From Bryobacterales bacterium (GTDB lineage: Bacteria > Acidobacteriota > Terriglobia > Bryobacterales > Bryobacteraceae), in the NCBI GenBank assembly GCA_963763835.1, contig CAVXQQ010000019.1, positions 101,841 to 165,840 of the forward strand: DNA of 64,000 bases, read 5' to 3'. Below, piece after piece: positions 9,832-18,591 of this stretch. Numbering within the stretch: the first letter of the stretch is position 1; each line of letters begins with the position of its first letter. The position numbers and the translations under genes were made by a program. The notes below the pieces were generated by a model. It did not search any database and was not told the origin of the DNA. It was given only the letters and a program-made list of their open reading frames with translations.

Positions 9832-10158
9832 ATGGAATGGCGCCTCGGTTCTCGTACATCTTCTTGCAGCCCACAACCCGGATTCTCGCCGCTGGCGCAG
9901 TTCTCCTACCTACAACTTCTTGACGTTCTCACCACGCTTGCATTTCTGACCACCGGGGGCCACGAAGCCAATCCGGTCGTGCGGTTCGCCATGGCAGCCG
10001 CGCGTTCCCCGCTGGTAGGGCTGCTGGTCCTGAAGTTGTGCGCGGTCGCAGCCGCCATCTACTGCACCATGACGGCGCGGGAACGCACACTGAAAAGGAT
10101 CAATATCCTGTTTGCGGCACTGGTGGTGTGGAACCTCGTTGCTTTGCTCTCAACCTGA
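9832..10158 (+). CDS. small multi-pass membrane protein (DUF5658-like)
   Basis: Hydrophobic ORF with LLDVLTTLAFLTTGGHEANPV. The start is uncertain (TTG 9808 or ATG 9832). Confidence 0.5.
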   Translation: MEWRLGSRTSSCSPQPGFSPLAQFSYLQLLDVLTTLAFLTTGGHEANPVVRFAMAAARSPLVGLLVLKLCAVAAAIYCTMTARERTLKRINILFAALVVWNLVALLST

Positions 10159-10170
10159 CTGGAGATCATA

Positions 10171-10569
10171 ATGCCAGATTCGTTCCACGATCATCTGGAC
10201 GTGGACGTAGTGGAACGCTACGTTGCCGGCGAGCTGACCGAGACCGAGCTCGCGGTTGTTGAAGAACATCTGCTGGTGTGCGAAACGTGCCGGCAGGCGG
10301 TTTCGGAGATGGATGTATTCGCTGCGCTGCTGCGGTCCGAGGGTACCCGCCGCTCGGCGGCCTACAGGCACGCCACCGCGGACGGCCCCGTGATATTGGA
10401 GCTGCGTTCCCTGCCCGAGTCCAAGTGGTCGGCGTGGATCCACGGAAGCCGCCTGGACGGCCGCGCGCACATGGGATCGCCCCACGAGGCGTACGCTTAC
10501 TTGCGGCGCTCCTTCACAGAGATGTTCCCCGAGCATCTGTGCGATGAGGGATGCGGCCCGGTGGACTGA
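10171..10569 (+). CDS. zf-HC2 (anti-sigma-factor-like) zinc-finger protein
   Basis: N-terminal YVAGELTETELAVVEEHLLVCETCRQ matches the putative zinc-finger of anti-sigma factors. No sigma factor gene is adjacent. Confidence 0.55.
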   Translation: MPDSFHDHLDVDVVERYVAGELTETELAVVEEHLLVCETCRQAVSEMDVFAALLRSEGTRRSAAYRHATADGPVILELRSLPESKWSAWIHGSRLDGRAHMGSPHEAYAYLRRSFTEMFPEHLCDEGCGPVD

Positions 10570-10580
10570 CCGCGTCTTTG

Positions 10581-10791
10581 TGGGGCAGGCGTCCACGTCC
10601 AATGCCACTTAGTTATCGTGCTCTATTGCCAACTTGTTGGTTTTATTGTGGCGCACGCCTCAGCGTGCCGCCGTGGGCTTCAGCCCATGGTCTGGCAGAG
10701 CGAGTTGAAACTCGCTCCAGCACGCTAAAGCGTGCGCCACGTCCGAGTCCGTTCCCGCCAACTAAGTGGCATTGGGCGTGGACGCCTGCCC
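10581..10791. repeat. nested composite palindromic element (family D arms enclosing a family B element)
   Basis: The 32-34-nt arms 10581-10614 and 10760-10791 are inverted complements with one mismatch. Inside them, 10648-10740 is itself bounded by GTGGCGCAC...GTGCGCCAC and holds three hairpins. Confidence 0.8.
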
Positions 10792-10863
10792 GGGAGGTCC
10801 ACGTCCCGCCCCAGCCGCACCTGGAACCGAGGCGCAGTCCTGTAGGACTGCCCCACCAAATGC

Positions 10864-11679
10864 TTAGTTCAGCGACTCGTCCAGGTACGCCAGGTAGGCC
10901 GAGATCAACCTGTAGCTCTCGTAGTAGTCCTTCTCCTCGATCGCGGTCGAGTTGTCGTTAGCAGTGCCCGGGATTCGCATCGCGTTGCCGGACAGCGAGT
11001 GGATGCTGAGCACCGGGATCTTGGCGGCGGTGAAGGTCTTCCCGTCGCTATCTCCGACGATGTTGCAGTCGGAGCCCGCTACGGGAATGCCGAGCGACTT
11101 CGCGATCGAGGCCATCTTCTGCGAGAGCCCTTTGTCGCTGTTTTCCATTTCCACCTTGGTCTGCCCCACTCCCAGCCCTTCCACGTCGATCATAGCCTTG
11201 ACCTGAGCCTTCTCGGGACCGAGGTTCTTCACGTAGAAGATCGAGCCGCGCCGCCCTTTCTCCCGGTCCGAGAACCCGACGAAGACGAACTTGTGCTTCC
11301 GCGGCGATGCGTGCAGCGATTCGAACAGGCTGGGCAGCAAGGAGGCGCCCGTCCAGTTCTCCACCATGCCCCTGCCATCTTCCGAAAAGTCGATATGCGC
11401 GCCAACGATGATCGTGGAAGCGGTGCTGCCCGAAATCGTGCAGATGACGTTGGGCTGCCGCGCGCCGTCAACTGCCTGATCGGTCAGCATGGCGCCGGTG
11501 CATCCGGCTTCTTCGAACATCTTGTGAAGTGCGGCGGCGCGTTCGCCGTTGGTGGCTGGGTTGCGTTCCAGGCGGGCCTTTACAACGGCTTCGTCGACCG
11601 GCTCGAATTCGATCTTGACGCCTTGCGCCAGCAGCGGGCAGGCGATGACAACAGGGAGAAGGATGCGTAAGAACATCAT
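10864..11679 (-). CDS. secreted M28-family peptidase-like protein, possibly catalytically degenerate
   Basis: Signal peptide, GAHIDF and FVGFSDREKGRRGS motifs. Several canonical metal/catalytic positions appear substituted (see findings). Confidence 0.65.
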   Translation of the reverse strand: MMFLRILLPVVIACPLLAQGVKIEFEPVDEAVVKARLERNPATNGERAAALHKMFEEAGCTGAMLTDQAVDGARQPNVICTISGSTASTIIVGAHIDFSEDGRGMVENWTGASLLPSLFESLHASPRKHKFVFVGFSDREKGRRGSIFYVKNLGPEKAQVKAMIDVEGLGVGQTKVEMENSDKGLSQKMASIAKSLGIPVAGSDCNIVGDSDGKTFTAAKIPVLSIHSLSGNAMRIPGTANDNSTAIEEKDYYESYRLISAYLAYLDESLN

Positions 11680-11730
11680 TCTACTTTACATCGCCGCTTA
11701 CCCGGGAGCAAACTTGCGCGATAATGGGCC

Positions 11731-12198
11731 ATGCCAGAATCTCCCCAGCAGGTCATTTCCGACTTCCTGGCCCAGAAGCGCATCGCGGTCGTGGGCGCCA
11801 GCCGCAACCCCAGGGACTTCAACGCGTCCATGTTCCGCACGCTGCGCGAGCACGGCTACGACGCCGTGCCGGTCAACCCCAACGCTACCGAGATCGAGGG
11901 CGTGCCCTGCTTCGCGCGGCTACAGGAGATTCAGCCGCCCGTTCAAGGCGCGCTCGTGATGGCCAAACCCGAGGTCGCCGAGAAGGTGGTCCAGGACTGC
12001 CGCGAAGCGGGCATCGCGCGCGTCTGGCTGTACGGCACCTCGGGAAAGTCGAACAGCCCGCAAGCCGTCGAGTTCTGCCGCGCCAATGGCATCGCGGTGG
12101 TCCCCGGCTTCTGCCCCCACATGTTCCTGGACGGCACTTCCTGGTTCCACCGCTTCCACGGCGCGCTTCTGAAGATCGTCGGCAAGTACCCGGGCTGA
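11731..12198 (+). CDS. CoA-binding domain protein
   Basis: 155 aa with KRIAVVGASRNPRDF...GYDAVPVNPN, typical of the YccU/CoA_binding_2 family. Confidence 0.8.
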   Translation: MPESPQQVISDFLAQKRIAVVGASRNPRDFNASMFRTLREHGYDAVPVNPNATEIEGVPCFARLQEIQPPVQGALVMAKPEVAEKVVQDCREAGIARVWLYGTSGKSNSPQAVEFCRANGIAVVPGFCPHMFLDGTSWFHRFHGALLKIVGKYPG

Positions 12199-12241
12199 CG
12201 GCCCAGCACCGAACCGCGGCCGTAAGGGAGCGGACCGGCGT

Positions 12242-12442
12242 TCAGGCTCTCCGCATCCCGCCCAGCGCGCGGGCGGGCAGCGTCACAACCGCCCACACCA
12301 GGTGCAGCACGCCATCCACCGCGATTCCCAGAATGCGAAACGGTATCAGCAGCAGCCAGACGATCGGATAGAGCACCAGCGCCACCAGCGCCAGCGGCCA
12401 GCAGAAAAACAGCAGAATCAGCCACATCACGAATGTCAGCAC
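12242..12442 (-). CDS. 66-aa two-helix membrane protein
   Basis: Almost entirely hydrophobic ORF, 46 nt downstream of the SIR2-like gene on the same strand. Confidence 0.5.
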   Translation of the reverse strand: MLTFVMWLILLFFCWPLALVALVLYPIVWLLLIPFRILGIAVDGVLHLVWAVVTLPARALGGMRRA

Positions 12443-12488
12443 GGGACGCTCCCCTCACAGTTACGCAGTCCGCGGCCGGATGGTTCCC

Positions 12489-13298
12489 CTACTTCTGCGA
12501 CACCCGTTCCAGAAGTTCCGCCAGGAAGGCCGCCAGACCCTGCCCCACCTGCTCCCGCTGCGAGATCACGGGCTCGATACCGCGGCGGCGCAGCACCCGC
12601 TCCTGCACCGGGTTGGCCGCCCCCAGAAAGATGTACGAGCGCGGGCGCAGCAGGTCGAGCTTAGAATTCTCCCACAGCCGCTGCAGCTTGTAGAACAGGT
12701 AGCGGATATTGATGTCGGAGAGGCTGTACCCCACGAACAGCACCGGCCGCCCCAGCACGTCCGACTGCAGTTTGATGTCCAGGGCCGTCCCGAAATCGAG
12801 CCGCTCGAAGAAGCTCGACTCGGTCAGAACGATCGACTCGTCGTCGTCGAAATCGCCGTGGAACTTCACGATCTGCGTGATGCCCTCGCGCGTATTGAGC
12901 ACGTCGCCGACGTTGGTGATCTTCGTGTACTCCCTGCTATACGCCTCGAACGCCTTTTCCAGCCAGCGGTCGTAGTTGGTGGTGTAAATGATGGGAAAAG
13001 ACAGCTCCACGATGAGGCGGTGGATCTCGGAGCTGCGAACGTCCACGTCATGCGGGTGCCAGCTTACGTCCATCCAACTCCGCAGCGGGCCGAGGGTGCC
13101 CTTGTTGAGCTGATAGAACTCGGCCAGCGTGCGGTAGTCCGCCAGCGAGCCGAATAGCACCGGATCGTAATCCAACTGCCGGGCGATCTCGTTGACGATC
13201 TCGGCGGTGGTGGGCACGCCGACATTCTTCGACACACCGGCGCCGACAAAGAGGATGGCGCCCCTGCGCCGGATCGCTTCTACCAGGTCTTCGTACAT
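12489..13298 (-). CDS. stand-alone SIR2-like (SIR2_2) domain protein
   Basis: ILFVGAGVS, IIYTTNYD, VKFHGD and LFVGYSLSDINI motifs. Start set at MYEDL (13298) because the upstream 63 codons of ORF 12489-13487 are encoded by repeat B. Confidence 0.75.
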   Translation of the reverse strand: MYEDLVEAIRRRGAILFVGAGVSKNVGVPTTAEIVNEIARQLDYDPVLFGSLADYRTLAEFYQLNKGTLGPLRSWMDVSWHPHDVDVRSSEIHRLIVELSFPIIYTTNYDRWLEKAFEAYSREYTKITNVGDVLNTREGITQIVKFHGDFDDDESIVLTESSFFERLDFGTALDIKLQSDVLGRPVLFVGYSLSDINIRYLFYKLQRLWENSKLDLLRPRSYIFLGAANPVQERVLRRRGIEPVISQREQVGQGLAAFLAELLERVSQK

Positions 13299-13315
13299 GG
13301 CTTCCCTCCGGACTC

Positions 13316-13377
13316 GTGGCGCACGCTTCAGCGTGCCGCTGTGGGCTTCAGCCCACAGTTGCGGCAGCGTGCGCCGC
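13316..13377. repeat. family B palindromic element (short copy)
   Basis: GTGGCGCACGCTTCAGCGTGCCGCTGTGGGCTTCAGCCCACAG...GCGTGCGCCGC. Confidence 0.75.
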
Positions 13378-13389
13378 AAAAGGCCACCA

Positions 13390-13971
13390 CTACGGCTCGA
13401 TCCTGCTCCCCAGCACGCCCAGGAATTTCGCCAGCCAGGCCGGGTGCGCGGGCCAGGCGGGAGCGCTGACCAGGTTGCCGTCCACATGCGCGCCGTCCAT
13501 CGGCAGATCGACGTACTTGCCGCCCGCCGCGGTCACCTCGGGGCCCACGGCCGGATAAGCGCTCACCGACCGGCCCGCCAGCACGCCGGCCGCCGCGAGC
13601 AACTGCGCGCCGTGACAGATGGAGGCGATCGGCTTGGCGGTCGCGGCGAAGTGCCTCACGATCGCGAGCACTTTGGGGTCGAGCCGGATGTATTCCGGCG
13701 CGCGGCCGCCCGGGATGACGAGCGCGTCGTAGTCCTCAGGCCGGACCTGCTCGAACGTAGCATTGAGCGCGAAGTCGTGGCCGCGCTTCTCGCTGTAAGT
13801 CTGGTCGCCCTCGAAATCGTGGATGGCGGTGCGCACCGTCTGCCCGGCTTTCTTTCCGGGACACACAACCTCCACCCGGTGTCCCGCCATCTGGAGCGCC
13901 TGGAACGGGACCATCACCTCGTAGTCCTCGACGTAGTCGCCGACGAGCATCAGAATCCGCTTGGCTGGCAT
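13390..13971 (-). CDS. DJ-1/PfpI family protein
   Basis: 193 aa with the [10 protein letters not shown] nucleophile-elbow Cys-His and VIPGG. Confidence 0.9.
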   Translation of the reverse strand: MPAKRILMLVGDYVEDYEVMVPFQALQMAGHRVEVVCPGKKAGQTVRTAIHDFEGDQTYSEKRGHDFALNATFEQVRPEDYDALVIPGGRAPEYIRLDPKVLAIVRHFAATAKPIASICHGAQLLAAAGVLAGRSVSAYPAVGPEVTAAGGKYVDLPMDGAHVDGNLVSAPAWPAHPAWLAKFLGVLGSRIEP

Positions 13972-14094
13972 GGAGCCTCCACAGCTATTCTATGCCGCTT
14001 TGCCCCGAAACCCCCTGACCGTACTGGCTCGGCTGCGGCCGCTGCGGGCGGCTCGGTTGAACTTTTTCGCTCCGCTTTGCGTAAGGATAGAGAC

Positions 14095-14952
14095 ATGCCG
14101 GACGGGACCTTCTTCAGCCTGCGCCAGGTCACGAAGCGTTTCGGCTCCCTGACCGCCGTCGACGGATTGAGCCTCGAGGTTCAGCGCGGCGAGATTTTCG
14201 GCCTGCTCGGTCCCAACGGCGCCGGCAAGACGACCCTCATTCATTGCGCCATCGGCCTGCTGCAGCCGGACGGCGGCGAGGTGCTGCTGGCCGGTGGCAA
14301 CCCGCGCGAGCCGCAGGTGCGCGCGCGCATGGGCATCGCGCCGCAGGTCCTGTCCTTGTACGAATTGCTCAGCGCGGAAGAGAACCTCGCTTTCTTCGGC
14401 AAACTCTACGGACTTGAAGGACGCCGCCTGGGCGAGCGAGTCGCTTCGGCCCTCGCGTTCGTCGGGCTCGAAAGCCGCAGGCGCGATGCGGTCAAGAACT
14501 ACTCGGGCGGAATGCAGCGCCGGCTCAATCTCGCAGCGGCGCTGCTGCACGATCCCGAGATCCTGCTGCTCGACGAGCCGACCGTGGGCGTCGATCCCCA
14601 GTCGCGGAACTCGATCTTCGACAACATCCTGGCTCTGAAGCGCGAGGGCCGCACCATCGTCTACACCACCCACTACATGGAGGAGGCCGAGCGCCTGTGC
14701 GACCGCGTCGGCATCGTGGACCACGGCCGCCTGCTCTCGCTCGATACGGTGCAGGGCCTGCTCGCCGCCCAGGGCGGTCTGCCACGGCTGGTGGTCGAGA
14801 CCGGCGGCCGGGAAATCGAGCTGTTCTCGGCGGACCCGCTGGGCGAGTTGAATCGCCTGGCCGCCACCGCGCCCATCGATCGGTTCCGTCTGGAGCAGCC
14901 CACGCTCGAGCAGGTGTTTCTGAATCTCACGGGAAGGACGTTGAGGGACTAG
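14095..14952 (+). CDS. ABC transporter ATP-binding protein
   Basis: Walker A GPNGAGKTT, signature YSGGMQRR and Walker B LLLDEP. Start at the ATG at 14095 within ORF 13192-14952. Confidence 0.9.
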   Translation: MPDGTFFSLRQVTKRFGSLTAVDGLSLEVQRGEIFGLLGPNGAGKTTLIHCAIGLLQPDGGEVLLAGGNPREPQVRARMGIAPQVLSLYELLSAEENLAFFGKLYGLEGRRLGERVASALAFVGLESRRRDAVKNYSGGMQRRLNLAAALLHDPEILLLDEPTVGVDPQSRNSIFDNILALKREGRTIVYTTHYMEEAERLCDRVGIVDHGRLLSLDTVQGLLAAQGGLPRLVVETGGREIELFSADPLGELNRLAATAPIDRFRLEQPTLEQVFLNLTGRTLRD

Positions 14953-14997
14953 AATTACCGGCGGGCCGAAGCCCCCGCGTATTGGAGTGTGGGGCTC

Positions 14998-15115
14998 GGG
15001 TCCCCCTGGACCCGCTTTCTCGCCGATGAACCAGGCCGACGGGGGCGTCGGCCGCGGACCAGGGGGTCCGCCCCACGGCAAAAAGTATGCGGCATTACGC
15101 TGAAGCGTCCGCCAC
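14998..15115. repeat. family F composite palindromic element plus a B-like hairpin
   Basis: CTGGACCCGCTTTCTCGCCGATGAACCAGGCCGACGGGGGCGTCGGCCGCGGACCAGGGGGTCCGCCCCACGGCAAAAAGTATGCGGC is repeated at 53181-53268, followed here by ACGCTGAAGCGT. Confidence 0.7.
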
Positions 15116-15133
15116 GGAGAGGAGAGTGACCTG

Positions 15134-16408
15134 ATGTCCGCCATATTAGCTCTGGCCGCCAAAGACCTACGCCTTCTGGTCCGGGTGAAGTCCGGGCTCT
15201 TCTTCGCCTTCGCCTGGCCGCTGGTCATCGCCATACTATTCGGCGCCGTCTTTTCCGGTTCCTCGGACGGAGGTTCTCGCCGCCTGGCTGTGGCCCTGGC
15301 GGACGAGGACCAGAGCGCGGGCAGCAAGGAGTTCGCCGCGACGCTCGCCAGCAGCGCCGACTTCAACGTACGGCCCGCGAGCCGCGCCGAGGCCATCGGG
15401 CTTGTCCGCAAACGGCGGGAGGCCGCGGCGCTGATTCTCCCCAAGGGCTTCGGGGAGGCCAGCCAGCAGGTGTTTCACGGCACGCCGCCCAAGGTGGAAG
15501 TGTGGATCGATCCCAGCCGTCAGGCCGAGGGAGCCATGATCCAGGGCCTGCTCTTTCAAATCGTGATGAAGGGGTTTCAGAAGAAGATGGCCGACAGGGG
15601 CACCATGCGCGCCGGCCTGCGGCAGTCGCTCGCGGAAGTCGAGCGCTCCAATGTGCCGTCTGACCAGCGCGCCTCGATGGCGCGCTTTCTCACAAGTATG
15701 GACCGCGCGCTGGCCGACATGCCCGCCGCCTCTTCCGGGAGCGGTGGCGGCCAAGGCGCTCAATGGGAGCCGCTGAGCATCGAACAGCACGACGTGGCGA
15801 TCCAGCGAGTGGGTCCGCGTAATGCCTTCGAGATCACCTTCCCGCAAGGGCTGCTGTGGGGCGTGCTGGGCTGCGCCATGGCGTTTGCCATCGGCTTCGT
15901 CAGCGAGCGGACGCACGGCACTTTGTTCCGTCTGCAGATGGCGCCCATAGGGCGCGCCCAGTTGCTGGCCGGAAAGGCGCTAGCTTGCGCCGTCGCGTGC
16001 CTCGCCATCGAGACGACGCTGCTGGCGATCGGCCGTCTCGGTTTCCATGTGGTCCCCCATAGCTGGGCTCTGCTTGCTCTGGCGGGCGTGTCCACCGTGG
16101 CCGCGTTCGTCGGCGTGATGATGCTGGTGGCCGGGCTGGCCAAGACCGAACAAGCCGCTGGCGGCGTGGGATGGGCTGTGATGATGCCGCTCGCGCTGTT
16201 CGGCGGCGGGATGATGCCGCTGGCCTTCATGCCGCACTGGATGGCGCGGGCCGGCACGATCAGCCCGGTGCGCTGGGGCATTCTGGCTTTCGAAGGCGCG
16301 CTGTGGCGCGGCTTCTCCCTCCAGGAAATGCTGCTCCCGTGCGCCATCCTCCTGGCTACCGGCGCGGTCTGCTTCGCTATCGGCACCCGCACCCTCCGCC
16401 TGACCTAG
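15134..16408 (+). CDS. ABC-2 type transporter permease
   Basis: 424 aa: N-terminal TM helix, large extracytoplasmic loop and C-terminal multi-TM block. Follows the ATPase gene. Confidence 0.8.
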   Translation: MSAILALAAKDLRLLVRVKSGLFFAFAWPLVIAILFGAVFSGSSDGGSRRLAVALADEDQSAGSKEFAATLASSADFNVRPASRAEAIGLVRKRREAAALILPKGFGEASQQVFHGTPPKVEVWIDPSRQAEGAMIQGLLFQIVMKGFQKKMADRGTMRAGLRQSLAEVERSNVPSDQRASMARFLTSMDRALADMPAASSGSGGGQGAQWEPLSIEQHDVAIQRVGPRNAFEITFPQGLLWGVLGCAMAFAIGFVSERTHGTLFRLQMAPIGRAQLLAGKALACAVACLAIETTLLAIGRLGFHVVPHSWALLALAGVSTVAAFVGVMMLVAGLAKTEQAAGGVGWAVMMPLALFGGGMMPLAFMPHWMARAGTISPVRWGILAFEGALWRGFSLQEMLLPCAILLATGAVCFAIGTRTLRLT

Positions 16409-16414
16409 TCCTAG

Positions 16415-16530
16415 TGGGGCAGGCGTCCACGCCTGCAGCGGGTCGCTGGGCAAGCTGAAGCATACCCCACGTGGGGCCGTAAACCGTTGATGCGCGGTGT
16501 AACGGCGGTGGTGCGATTTCTGCAAGTCCC
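16415..16530. repeat. family D/E composite element
   Basis: TGGGGCAGGCGTCCACGCC, then TCGCTGGGCAAGCTGAAGCATACCCCACGTGGGGCCGTAAACCGTTGATGCGCGGTGTA...GGTGCGATTTCTGCAAGTCCC. Shared with 60045-60172. Confidence 0.7.
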
Positions 16531-16581
16531 TCTCCAGACCCGCCGCAAAACAGGCGCTATGCTTGAGAATAGTCAACCACC

Positions 16582-17838
16582 ATGGAACCTCTACCCGTTG
16601 ATCGGATCCGCACTGCTGTCGAAGAAGAGCTCAAGGCCACTCCGTTCATCGACGTCCACACCCATTTGTACTTGCCCTCGCTGGGCGCTATCGGGTTATG
16701 GGGCATCGACAACCTGGTGACCTATCACTACCTGGAGGCGGAGTTCTTCCGTTCTTCGCCGATGAAGCCTGCCGCTTACTGGGCCCTCGGGAAGCGCGAG
16801 CGGGCGGACGCGATCTGGCGCGCCCTGTTCGTCGAGAACGCGCCCGTGTCGGAAGCGACGCGCGGAGTTGTGGCGGTGCTGGAGGCATTCGGCCTCCCGA
16901 CCGCCAGCGCCGACCTGACCGAAGCGCGGGCCTTCTTCTCCGCCCAGGACTACGCCACGCACATCCGCCGCGTGCTCGAAATCGCCGGCGTCAGCGAGGT
17001 CGTCATGACCAACGACCCGCTCGATCCCGACGAGGCCCCGCTGTGGGAGGCGGGCGCCGGGCGCCATCCGCAGATGCACCCCGTGCTGCGTCTGGATCGC
17101 ATCCTGAACCGCTGGGCCGAGCATCAACCGGTGCTGCTGGCCAAGGGCTATCGGGTGGATGGCGAATCGTCGCAGGCGATGGCGGAGGTCCGCCGCTTCC
17201 TGGCAGCGTGGTGCAAGATCATGCGTCCCGTCTACATGGCGTGTTCGCTGCCCGACACGTTCCAATACCCGGAAGACAGCGTTCGCGGCCGCCTGCTGAC
17301 GGAAGCCGTTTTGCCGGTGTGCCGCGAACTCGATCTCCCCATGGCGCTGATGATCGGCGTGCGCTACCAGGTGAACCCTGCATTGCGGTTGGGTGGAGAC
17401 GGGGCCGGCAAAGCCGACCTGCGCGCGCTCGAACACCTATGCGCGCAGTTCCCCGACAACCGTTTTCTGGTCAGCGTGCTCAGCCGCGAGAACCAGCACG
17501 AGTTCTGCGTCTACGCGCGCAAGTTCGCCAACCTGATGCCGTTCGGTTGCTGGTGGTTCCTCAACAACCCGTCCGTGGTCGAAGAGATGACGCGCGAGCG
17601 CCTGGAAATGCTGGGGACGACGTTCATCCCGCAGCACTCCGACGCGCGCATCCTGGAGCAGGTGATTTACAAATGGCGGAACACGCGACGGACGCTGGCG
17701 CCGATCCTGGCGAATACTTTCCAGTTGCTGGCCGAGGACGGCCGCCCCGTCACGAGACAAGACATCCGCAAAGACATCCGCCGCCTGTTCCGCTCGAACT
17801 TCCAGAACTGGGTGGGGCTACCGGTGGACGCGGCGTAG
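16582..17838 (+). CDS. amidohydrolase-fold protein (glucuronate isomerase-like)
   Basis: 418 aa with N-terminal FIDVHTHLY (HxH metal motif). The family assignment is by resemblance only. Confidence 0.6.
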   Translation: MEPLPVDRIRTAVEEELKATPFIDVHTHLYLPSLGAIGLWGIDNLVTYHYLEAEFFRSSPMKPAAYWALGKRERADAIWRALFVENAPVSEATRGVVAVLEAFGLPTASADLTEARAFFSAQDYATHIRRVLEIAGVSEVVMTNDPLDPDEAPLWEAGAGRHPQMHPVLRLDRILNRWAEHQPVLLAKGYRVDGESSQAMAEVRRFLAAWCKIMRPVYMACSLPDTFQYPEDSVRGRLLTEAVLPVCRELDLPMALMIGVRYQVNPALRLGGDGAGKADLRALEHLCAQFPDNRFLVSVLSRENQHEFCVYARKFANLMPFGCWWFLNNPSVVEEMTRERLEMLGTTFIPQHSDARILEQVIYKWRNTRRTLAPILANTFQLLAEDGRPVTRQDIRKDIRRLFRSNFQNWVGLPVDAA

Positions 17839-17850
17839 GGAGCGGCCCGA

Positions 17851-18189
17851 CTACCCGCCGAAGCCCTCCCGGGTGCGGCTCCGAACCCAGCCTGCCACAG
17901 GCGCGACCCGCTTGAAGCAGGAGCGGCACACCCAAATGTGCCTGCCGTCCTCTCCTCGGGCGTAGAAGGCGTGCCGGTAACAACCACGCTTTGCGTGCTC
18001 TTCCTTCTCATTTGGGAACAGCTCGCGGTGGTTGCAGATGCACGCCCAGCAGAACTCGCAGTGCTCATGCCCCCCGACCGCTGGATCGTAGTTCTCCCAT
18101 CGCTTCCAGGCAAAGGGGGTGTCGCACCAACTCTTCGCCCTTACCAGCCAGGACGCGGGGACCTCCGGCAGCGCTCGTGCGTCGAGCAA
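17851..18189 (-). CDS. Cys/His-rich hypothetical protein
   Basis: 112-aa ORF with HEHCEFCWACIC...CYRH...WVCRSCF. No family recognised. Confidence 0.5.
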   Translation of the reverse strand: MLDARALPEVPASWLVRAKSWCDTPFAWKRWENYDPAVGGHEHCEFCWACICNHRELFPNEKEEHAKRGCYRHAFYARGEDGRHIWVCRSCFKRVAPVAGWVRSRTREGFGG

Positions 18190-18360
18190 GTGAACGCCTC
18201 ATCAAGAGTCTATCGCTTTAGGACCGCGGCAGGCCGCCCAGCCGCGAGCCGGGAAGCGCGGAGTACGGGTGATCCAGTTGGTGTGCGATGTTCATGTGGC
18301 GTTGCCGTAGCTATTCGAGACGCTTGGTCAATGCCGGCAGTCCGGAGCCACGGTTTGAAC

Positions 18361-18588
18361 TCAGAGCAGCCTGAGGAACTCATCGAGCGTGAGGTTCGCA
18401 TCGCGGATGATAGCCCGCAACAGCGGCTCCTTGATGGTCCGGCCGGAGTGTACGGGTACGACGGTTCGAGCCTTTGTCTCAGGATGAATCAGGATCAGGT
18501 GGCTGCCCTTTTGGCGGTCCTCGGCGAATCCCGCGCCCTTGAGCGCGCGGACCACCTTACGCGCGGTCAGAGAGGGAACCTTTGTCAT
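18361..18588 (-). CDS. hicA: HicA-family mRNA interferase toxin
   Basis: 75 aa with SLTARKVVRALKGAGF...KGSHLILIHP, typical of HicA/YcfA. Confidence 0.85.
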   Translation of the reverse strand: MTKVPSLTARKVVRALKGAGFAEDRQKGSHLILIHPETKARTVVPVHSGRTIKEPLLRAIIRDANLTLDEFLRLL

Positions 18589-18591
18589 TTG

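Noticed and set aside
10834-10851. Hairpin GCAGTCCT-GT-AGGACTGC just downstream of the M28-like gene, as an intrinsic terminator
   Set aside because: It forms a perfect 8-bp stem, but no U-tract follows on either strand. I cannot distinguish it from the many other repeat-derived hairpins.
12489-13487. N-terminal extensions of ORFs across repeat elements (12489-13487, 59098-60123, 21813-23051, 4686-5174, 29537-30385 tail, 15980-16576)
   Set aside because: The extra codons are translations of the palindromic repeat families (recurrent peptides such as TLKRAP, AHQRFTAPRGVCFSLPSD, VAQALLPAAST). Internal starts with signal peptides or SD motifs give proteins of normal family length.
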